DNA of 64,000 nucleotides, taken from contig OZ249436.1 of the NCBI GenBank assembly GCA_965235115.1, forward strand, positions 47,184,001 through 47,248,000. Reading direction: 5' to 3'. This stretch comes from Laetmonice hystrix. Lineage: Eukaryota. The notes below the pieces were generated by a model. That model saw only the letters and a list, made by a program, of their open reading frames with translations. It ran no database searches and was not told the DNA's origin. The position numbers and the translations under genes are program-made. This document shows positions 1-9,600 of this stretch, piece after piece. Within the stretch, counting starts at the first letter, position 1, and each line of letters begins with the position of its first letter.

Positions 1-242
1 GGCCCTGAAGCGAGAGACAGGTTAAAGCAATGATAAGCAAAAAATGGCTACATTTTTGATACGTCAAATTGGAAGTACGGCCCCCAAAATTATTATTCTT
101 AGGCCAGATGTATAACTGTCAAGCCTAAAGGTCTCGTACGTTCGCTACAGATATATGGTTGTGATGTGTACACTTCCCATTTGAGTATCTTCTCCTGATT
201 TTAACATTAGATGCTCCTCGCTTGTACCTTTCATTTTCACTA

Positions 243-461
243 CCTCACTGTAGTGTTTGCATGGCTACTATAGGCCAGCTGGTAAGTTGTAGGGACTTCT
301 CACTCTACTGGTTGGCCTCCCACACTGCTTGGCCCCATAGTGTACTGTTTGGCCTCACTGTACTGTTTGGCCTCACTGTACTGTTTGGCCTCACTGTAGT
401 GTTCGTTTGGGTGCTAGGCCAGCCAGTATACCTTGTAGCGATTCCTCCCCGTACTGTTTGG
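243..461. repeat. Degenerate 18-bp minisatellite inside each monomer (consensus CCTCACTGTACTGTTTGG)
   Basis: Three perfect ACTGTTTGGCCTCACTGT copies at 344-361, 362-379 and 380-397. Degenerate copies nearby: CCTCACTGTAGTGTTTGC, TCTCACTCTACTGGTTGG, CCTCCCACACTGCTTGG, CCTCCCCGTACTGTTTGG. Present in every monomer with copy-number variation. Confidence 0.92.
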
Positions 462-1103
462 CAAGAGTAGCCAGTAGTATAGGGACGCCTCATGTTTCAG
501 TTTCCATGCCTTTATTGTCCAGGAGGCAGGCCATCCGTTTCGTCTATCATCTACTCCCATCTAATCTGTGTCCCCTACATACCATCTGTAAGCGTCCGAC
601 AACGTTGTCAGGCCGTCCCAATGACTCTTTGCCGTCAAGGTTTAGTTAACAATGGCAAATGACGTTGAACGCCTATTCTATATCAGATATCCCATCCCCA
701 AGTAACAAACAAACAAAGGATGATTACCCAGAGATATTGCCGGCAGAAAACACCAGGGTGCAGCTGACGGCGCTGACTGCACTGCCGCCTTCCGGCCAGC
801 GGTGGAATCACCACGTACACCTCGCCGGGCTGGCAGGCACCTGTGGCCCTGAGGCGAGAGACAGGTTAAAGCAACGATAAGCGAAACATTTCTACATTTT
901 TGTACGTCAAATTGAATGTACGGCCCCCAAAATTATTATTCTTAGGCCAGATGTATAATTGTCAAGCGTATAGGTCTCGTACGTTCGCTACAGATATATG
1001 GTTGTGATGTGTACACTTCCCATTTGAGTATCTTCTCCTGATTTTAACATTAGATCCTCCTCGCCTGTACCTTTCATTTTCACTACCTCACTGTAGTGTT
1101 TGC

Positions 1104-1944
1104 ATGGCTACTATAGGCCAGCTGGTAAGTTGTAGGGACTTCTCACTCTACTGGTTGGCCTCCCACACTGCTTGGCTCCATAGTGTACTCACTGTACTCT
1201 TTGGCCTCACTGTAGTGTTCGTTTGGGTGCTAAGCCAGCCAGTATACCATGTAGCGATTCCTCCCCGTACTGTTTGGCCTCCCTGTACCGTTTGCTTGTA
1301 TACAAGAGTAGCCAGTAGTATAGGGACGCCTCATGTTTCAGTTTCCATGCCTTTATTGTCCAGGAGGCAGGCCATCCGTTTCGTCTATCATCTACTCCCA
1401 TCTAATCTGTGTCCCCTACATACCATCTGTAAGCGTCCGACAACGTTGTCAGATCGTCCCAATGACTGTTTGCCGTCAAGGTTTAGTTAACAATGGCAAA
1501 TGACGTTGAACGCCTATTCTATATCAGATATCCCATCCCCACGTAACAAACAAACAAAGGATGATTACCCAGAGATATTGCCGGCACAAAACACCAGGGT
1601 GCAGCTGACGGCGCTGACTGCACTGCCGCCTTCCGGCCAGCGGTGGAATCACCACGTACACCTCGCCGGGCTGGCAGGCACCTGTGGCCCTGAGGCGAGA
1701 GACAGGTTAAAGCAACGATAAGCGAAACATTTCTACATTTGTGTACGTCAAATTGAATGTACGGCCCCCAAAATTATTATTCTTAGGCCAGATGTATAAT
1801 TGTCAAGCGTATAGGTCTCGTACGTTCGCTACAGATATATGGTTGTGATGTGTACACTTCCCATTTGAGTATCTTCTCCTGATTTTAACATTAGATGCTC
1901 CTCGCCTGTACCTTTCATTTTCACTACCTCACTGTAGTGTTTGC
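1104..1944. repeat. Representative 841-bp monomer (start point arbitrary)
   Basis: Anchor-to-anchor distance 1104 to 1945. The 816-bp class lacks 25 bp (CTCCCTGTACCGTTTGCTTGTATAC). The 825-bp class lacks the same 25 bp but has 9 extra bp in the 18-mer region. The 842-bp class has an extra A in TTTTTGATACG. Confidence 0.97.
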
Positions 1945-3627
1945 ATGGCTACTATAGGCCAGCTGGTAAGTTGTAGGGATTTCTCACTCTACTGGTTGGC
2001 CTCCCACACTGCTTGGCTCCATAGTGTACTCACTGTACTCTTTGGCCTCACTGTAGTGTTCGTTTGGGTGCTAAGCCAGCCAGTATACCATGTAGCGATT
2101 CCTCCCCGTACTGTTTGGCCTCCCTGTACCGTTTGCTTGTATACAAGAGTAGCCAGTAGTATAGGGACGCCTCATGTTTCAGTTTCCATGCCTTTATTGT
2201 CCAGGAGGCAGGCCATCCGTTTCGTCTATCATCTACTCCCATCTAATCTGTGTCCCCTACATACCATCTGTAAGCGTCCGACAACGTTGTCAGGTCGTCC
2301 CAATGACTGTTTGCCGTCAAGGTTTAGTTAACAATATCAAATGACGTTGAACGCCTATTCTATATCAGATATCCCATCCCCAAGTAACAAACAAACAAAG
2401 GATGATTACCCAGAGATATTGCCGGCAGAAAACACCAGGGTGCAGCTGACGGCGCTGACTGCACTGCCGCCTTCCGGCCAGCGGTGGAATCACCACGTAC
2501 ACCTCGCCGGGCTGGCAGGCACCTGTGGCCCTGAAGCGAGAGACAGGTTAAAGCAACGATAAGCGAAACATTTCTACATTTTTGTACGTCAAATTGAATG
2601 TACGGCCCCCAAAATTATTATTCTTAGGCCAGATGTATAATTGTCAAGCGTATAGGTCTCGTACGTTCGCTACAGATATATGGTTGTGATGTGTACACTT
2701 CCCATTTGAGTATCTTCTCCTGATTTTAACATTAGATCCTCCTCGCCTGTACCTTTCATTTTCACTACCTCACTGTAGTGTTTGCATGGCTACTATAGGC
2801 CAGCTGGTAAGTTGTAGGGACTTCTCACTCGACTGGTTGGCCTCCCACACTGCTTGGCTCCATAGTGTAGTCACTGTACTCTTTGGCCTCACTGTAGTGT
2901 TCGTTTGGGTGCTAAGCCAGCCAGTATACCATGTAGCGATTCCTCCCCGTACTGTTTGGCCTCCCTGTACCGTTTGCTTGTATACAAGAGTAGCCAGTAG
3001 TATAGGGACGCCTCATGTTTCAGTTTCCATGCCTTTATTGTCCAGGAGGCAGGCCATCCGTTTCGTCTATCATCTACTCCCATCTAATCTGTGTCCCCTA
3101 CATACCATCTGTAAGCGTCCGACAACGTTGTCAGATCGTCCCAATGACTGTTTGCCGTCAAGGTTTAGTTAACAATGGCAAATGACGTTGAACGCCTATT
3201 CTATATCAGATATCCCATCCCCAAGTAACAAACAAACAAAGGATGATTACCCAGAGATATTGCCGGCAGAAAACACCAGGGTGCAGCTGACGGCGCTGAC
3301 TGCACTGCCGCCTTCCGGCCAGCGGTGGAATCACCACGTACACCTCGCCGGGCTGGCAGGCACCTGTGGCCCTGAAGCGAGAGACAGGTTAAAGCAATGA
3401 TAAGCAAAAAAAGACTACATTTTTGATACGTCAAATTGAAAGTACGGCCCCCAAAATTATTATTCTTAGGCCAGATGTATAATTGTCAAGCGTATAGGTC
3501 TCGTACGTTCGCTACAGATATATGGTTGTGATGTGTACACTTCCCATTTGAGTATCTTCTCCTGAATTTAACATTAGATCCTCCTCGCCTGTACCCTTCA
3601 TTTTCACTACCTCACTGTAGTGTTTGC

Positions 3628-6600
3628 ATGGCTACTATAGGCCAGCTGGTAAGTTGTAGGGACTTCTCACTCTACTGGTTGGCCTCCCACACTGCTTGGC
3701 TCCATAGTGTACTCACTGTACTCTTTGGCCTCACTGTAGTGTTCGTTTGGGTGCTAAGCCAACCAGTATACCTTGTAGCCATTCCTCCCCGTACTGTTTG
3801 GCCTCCCTGTACCGTTTGCTTGTATACAAGAGTAGCCAGTAGTATAGGGACGCCTCATGTTTCAGTTTCCATGCCTTTATTGTCCAGGAGGCAGGCCATC
3901 CATTTCGTCTATCATCTACTCCCATCTAATCTGTGTCCCCTACATACCATCTGTAAGCGTCCGACAACGTTGTCAGGTCGTCCCAATGACTGTTTGCCGT
4001 CAAGGTTTAGTTAACAATGGCAAATGACGTTGAACGCCTATTCTATATCAGATATCCCATCCCCAAGTAACAAACAAACAAAAGATGATTACCCAGAGAT
4101 ATTGCCGGCAGAAAACACCAGGGTGCAGCTGACGGCGCTGACTGCACTGCCGCCTTCCGGCCAGCGGTGGAATCACCACGTACACCTGGCCGGGCTGGCA
4201 GGCACCTGTGGCCCTGAAGCGAGAGACAGGTTAAAGCAATGATAAGCAAAAAATGACTACATTTTTGATGCGTCAAATTGAAAGTACGGCCCCCAAAATT
4301 ATTATTCTTAGGCCAGATGTATAATTGTCAAGCGTATAGGTCTCGTACGTTCGCTACAGATATATGGTTGTGATGTGTACACTTCCCATTTGAGTATCTT
4401 CTCCTGATTTTAACATTAGATCCTCCTCGCCTGTACCTTTCATTTTCACTACCTCACTGTAGTGTTTGCATGGCTACTATAGGCCAGCTGATAAGTTGTA
4501 GGGATTTCTCACTCTACTGGTTGGCCTCCCACACTGCTTGGCTCCATAGTGTACTCACTGTACTCTTTGGCCTCACTGTAGTGTTCGTTTGGATGCTAGG
4601 CCAGCCAGTATACCATGTAGCGATTCCTCCCCGTACTGTTTGGCAAGAGTAGCCAGTAGTATAGGGACGCCTCATGTTTCAGTTTCCATGCCTTTATTGT
4701 CCAGGAGGCAGGCCATCCGTTTCGTCTATCATCTACTCCCATCTAATCTGTGTCCCCTACATACCATCTGTAAGCGTCCGACAACGTTGTCAGGCCGTCC
4801 CAATGACTCTTTGCCGTCAAGGTTTAGTTAACAATGGCAAATGACGTTGAACGCCTATTCTATATCAGATATCCCATCCCCAAGTAACAAACAAACAAAG
4901 GATGATTACCCAGAGATATTGCCGGCAGAAAACACCAGGGTGCAGCTGACGGCGCTGACTGCACTGCCGCCTTCCGGCCAGCGGTGGAATCACCACGTAC
5001 ACCTCGCCGGGCTGGCAGGCACCTGTGGCCCTGAGGCGAGAGACAGGTTAAAGCAACGATAAGCGAAACATTTCTACATTTTTGTACGTCAAATTGAATG
5101 TACGGCCCCCAAAATTATTATTCTTAGGCCAGATGTATAATTGTCAAGCGTATAGGTCTCGTACGTTCGCTACAGATATATGGTTGTGATGTGTACACTT
5201 CCCATTTGAGTATCTTCTCCTGATTTTAACATTAGATCCTCCTCGCCTGTACCTTTCATTTTCACTTCCTCACTGTAGTGTTTGCATGGCTACTATAGGC
5301 CAGCTGGTAAGTTGTAGGGACTTCTCACTCTACTGGTTGGCCTCCCACACTGCTTGGCTCCATAGTGTACTCACTGTACTCTTTGGCCTCACTGTAGTGT
5401 TCGTTTGGGTGCTAAGCCAGCCAGTATACCATGTAGCGATTAATCCCCGTACTGTTTGGCCTCCCTGTACCGTTTGCTTGTATACAAGAGTAGCCAGTAG
5501 TATAGGGACGCCTCATGTTTCAGTTTCCATGCCTTTATTGTCCAGGAGGCAGGCCATCCGTTTCGTCTATCATCTACTCCCATCTAATCTGTGTCCCCTA
5601 CATACCATCTGTAAGCGTCCGACAACGTTGTCAGATCGTCCCAATGACTGTTTGCCGTCAAGGTTTAGTTAACAATGGCAAATGACGTTGAACGCCTATT
5701 CTATATCAGATATCCCATCCCCAAGTAACAAACAAACAAAGGATGATTACCCAGAGATATTGCCGGCAGAAAACACCAGGGTGCAGCTGACGGCGCTGAC
5801 TGCACTGCCGCCTTCCGGCCAGCGGTGGAATCACCACGTACACCTCGCCGGGCTGGCAGGCACCTGTGGCCCTGAGGCGAGAGACAGGTTAAAGCAACGA
5901 TAAGCGAAACATTTCTACATTTGTGTACGTCAAATTGAATGTACGGCCCCCAAAATTATTATTCTTAGGCCAGATGTATAATTGTCAAGCGTATAGGTCT
6001 CGTACGTTCGCTACAGATATATGGTTGTGATGTGTACACTTCCCATTTGAGTATCTTCTCCTGATTTTAACATTAGATCCTCCTCGCCTGTACCTTTCAT
6101 TTTCACTACCTCACTGTAGTGTTTGCATGGCTACTATAGGCCAGCTGGTAAGTTGTAGGGATTTCTCACTCTACTGGTTGGCCTCCCACACTGCTTGGCT
6201 CCATAGTGTACTCACTGTACTCTTTGGCCTCACTGTAGTGTTCGTTTGGGTGCTAAGCCAGCCAGTATACCATGTAGCGATTCCTCCCCGTACTGTTTGG
6301 CCTCCCTGTACCGTTTGCTTGTATACAAGAGTAGCCAGTAGTATAGGGACGCCTCATGTTTCAGTTTCCATGCCTTTATTGTCCAGGAGGCAGGCCATCC
6401 GTTTCGTCTATCATCTACTCCCATCTAATCTGTGTCCCCTACATACCATCTGTAAGCGTCCGACAACGTTGTCAGGCCGTCCCAATGACTGTTTGCCGTC
6501 AAGGTTTAGTTAACAATGGCAAATGACGTTGAACGCCTATTCTATATCAGATATCCCATCCCCAAGTAACAAACAAACAAAGGATGATTACCCAGAGATA

Positions 6601-9600
6601 TTGCCGGCAGAAAACACCAGGGTGCAGCTGACGGCGCTGACTGCACTGCCGCCTTCCGGCCAGCGGTGGAATCACCACGTAAACCTCGCCGGGCTGGCAG
6701 GCACCTGTGGCCCTGAGGCGAGAGACAGGTTAAAGCAACGATAAGCGAAACATTTCTACATTTTTGTAAGTCAAATTGAATGTACGGCCCCCACAATTAT
6801 TATTCTTAGGCCAGATGTATAATTGTCAAGCGTATAGGTCTCGTACGTTCGCTACAGATATATGGTTGTGATGTGTACACTTCCCATTTGAGTATCTTCT
6901 CCTGATTTTAACATTAGATGCTCCTCGCCTGTACCTTTCATTTTCACTACCTCACTGTAGTGTTTGCATGGCTACTATAGGCCAGCTGGTAAGTTGTAGG
7001 GACTTCTCACTCGACTGGTTGGCCTCCCACACTGCTTGGCTCCATAGTGTACTCACTGTACTCTTTGGCCTCACTGTAGTGTTCGTTTGGGTGCTAAGCC
7101 AGCCAGTATACCATGTAGCGATTCCTCCCCGTACTGTTTGGCCTCCCTGTACCGTTTGCTTGTATACAAGAGTAGCCAGTAGTATAGGGACGCCTCATGT
7201 TTCAGTTTCCATGCCTTTATTGTCCAGGAGGCAGGCCATCCGTTTCGTCTATCATCTACTCCCATCTAATCTGTGTCCCCTACATACCATCTGTAAGCGT
7301 CCGACAACGTTGTCAGGTCGTCCCAATGACTGTTTGCCGTCAAGGTTTAGTTAACAATGGCAAATGACGTTGAACGCCTATTCTATATCAGATATCCTAT
7401 CCCCAAGTAACAAACAAACAAAGGATGATTACCCAGAGATATTGCCGGCAGAAAACACCAGGGTGCAGCTGACGGCGCTGACTGCACTGCCGCCTTCCGG
7501 CCAGCGGTGGAATCACCACGTACACCTGGCCGGGCTGGCAGGCACCTGTGGCCCTGAAGCGAGAGACAGGTTAAAGCAATGATAAGCAAAAAATGGCTAC
7601 ATTTTTGATACGTCAAATTGAAAGTACGGCCCCCAAAATTATTATTCTTAGGCCAGATGTATAATTGTCAAGCGTATAGGTCTCGTACGTTCGCTACAGA
7701 TATATGGTTGTGATGTGTACACTTCCCATTTGAGTATCTTCTCCTGATTTTAACATTAGATGCTCCTCGCCTGTACCTTTCATTTTCACTACCTCACTGT
7801 AGTGTTTGCATGGCTACTATAGGCCAGCTGGTAAGTTGTAGGGACTTCTCACTCTACTGGTTGGCCTCCCACACTGCTTGGCCCCATAGTGTACTGTTTG
7901 GCCTCACTGTACTGTTTGGCCTCACTGTAGTGTTCGTTTGGGTGCTAGGCCAGCCAGTATACCTTGTAGCGATTCCTCCCCGTACTGTTTGGCAAGAGTA
8001 GCCAGTAGTATAGGGACGCCTCATGTTTCAGTTTCCATGCCTTTATTGTCCAGGAGGCAGGCCATCCGTTTCGTCTATCATCTACTCCCATCTAATCTGT
8101 GTCCCCTACATACCATCTGTAAGCGTCCGACAACGTTGTCAGGCCGTCCCAATGACTGTTTGCCGTCAAGGTTTAGTTAACAATGGCAAATGACGTTGAA
8201 CGCCTATTCTATATCAGATATCCCATCCCCAAGTAACAAACAAACAAAGGATGATTACCCAGAGATATTGCCGGCAGAAAACACCAGGGTGCAGCTGACG
8301 GCGCTGACTGCACTGCCGCCTTCCGGCCAGCGGTGGAATCACCACGTACACCTCGCCGGGCTGGCAGGCACCTGTGGCCCTGAGGCGAGAGACAGGTTAA
8401 AGCAACGATAAGCGAAACATTTCTACATTTTTGTACGTCAAATTGAATGTACGGCCCCCAAAATTATTATTCTTAGGCCAGATGTATAATTGTCAAGCGT
8501 ATAGGTCTCGTACGTTCGCTACAGATATATGGTTGTGATGTGTACACTTCCCATTTGAGTATCTTCTCCTGATTTTAACATTAGATCCTCCTCGCCTGTA
8601 CCTTTCATTTTCACTACCTCACTGTAGTGTTTGCATGGCTACTATAGGCCAGCTGGTAAGTTGTAGGGACTTCTCACTCTACTGGTTGGCCTCCCACACT
8701 GCTTGGCTCCATAGTGTACTCACTGTACTCTTTGGCCTCACTGTAGTGTTCGTTTGGGTGCTAAGCCAGCCAGTGTACCTTGTAGCGATTCCTCCCCGTA
8801 CTGTTTGGCCTCCCTGTACCGTTTGCTTGTATACAAGAGTAGCCAGTAGTATAGGGACGCCTCATGTTTCAGTTTCCATGCCTTTATTGTCCAGGAGGCA
8901 GGCCATCCATTTCGTCTATCATCTACTCCCATCTAATCTGTGTCCCCTACATACCATCTGTAAGCGTCCGACAACGTTGTCAGGTCGTCCCAATGACTGT
9001 TTGCCGTCAAGGTTTAGTTAACAATGGCAAATGACGTTGAACGCCTATTCTATATCAGATATCCCATCCCCAAGTAACAAACAAACAAAAGATGATTACC
9101 CAGAGATATTGCCGGCAGAAAACACCAGGGTGCAGCTGACGGCGCTGACTGCACTTCCGCCTTCCGGCCAGCGGTGGAATCACCACGTACACCTGGCCGG
9201 GCTGGCAGGCACCTGTGGCCCTGAAGCGAGAGACAGGTTAAAGCAATGATAAGCAAAAAATGACTACATTTTTGATACGTCAAATTGAAAGTACGGCCCC
9301 CAAAATTATTATTCTTAGGCCAGATGTATAATTGTCAAGCGTATAGGTCTCGTACGTTCGCTACAGATATATGGTTGTGATGTGTACACTTCCCATTTGA
9401 GTATCTTCTCCTGATTTTAACATTAGATCCTCCTCGCCTGTACCTTTCATTTTCACTACCTCACTGTAGTGTTTGCATGGCTACTATAGGCCAGCTGATA
9501 AGTTGTAGGGATTTCTCACTCTACTGGTTGGCCTCCCACACTGCTTGGCTCCATAGTGTACTCACTGTACTCTTTGGCCTCACTGTAGTGTTCGTTTGGA

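Noticed and set aside
704..717. (AAAC)n microsatellite, and a minus-strand AATAAA at ~511-516
   Set aside because: About three repeat units and a lone hexamer are expected by chance, and neither has supporting context.
720..852. C/D-box snoRNA (ATGATTA ... CTGA)
   Set aside because: The C box is imperfect, there is no terminal stem, and I found no convincing guide next to a D box.
659..880. Repeated 72-73-aa ORF (MTLNAYS...) and the antisense 64/77-aa ORFs
   Set aside because: They are short with no recognisable homology. Their apparent conservation only reflects DNA identity. Frameshifts occur at ~28523, ~47785 and ~48598, and many variants are non-synonymous.
849..890. Hammerhead ribozyme (CTGA...CGAAAC), as found in some satellites
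   Set aside because: The core is CTGAGGC/CTGAAGC rather than CTGANGA, stems II and III cannot be formed, and GAAAC is absent in the second haplotype.
1051..1072. HDV-like ribozyme loop (CCTCCTCGC)
   Set aside because: The flanks do not form P3 and I found no P1/P2 nested pseudoknot.
1104..1490. Repeated 128-aa ORF (MATIGQLVSC...) with a hydrophobic VLFGLTV stretch
   Set aside because: It is frameshifted by the 25-bp deletion in all 816/825-bp monomers. The hydrophobic stretch is just the translated 18-bp repeat, and I recognise no domain.
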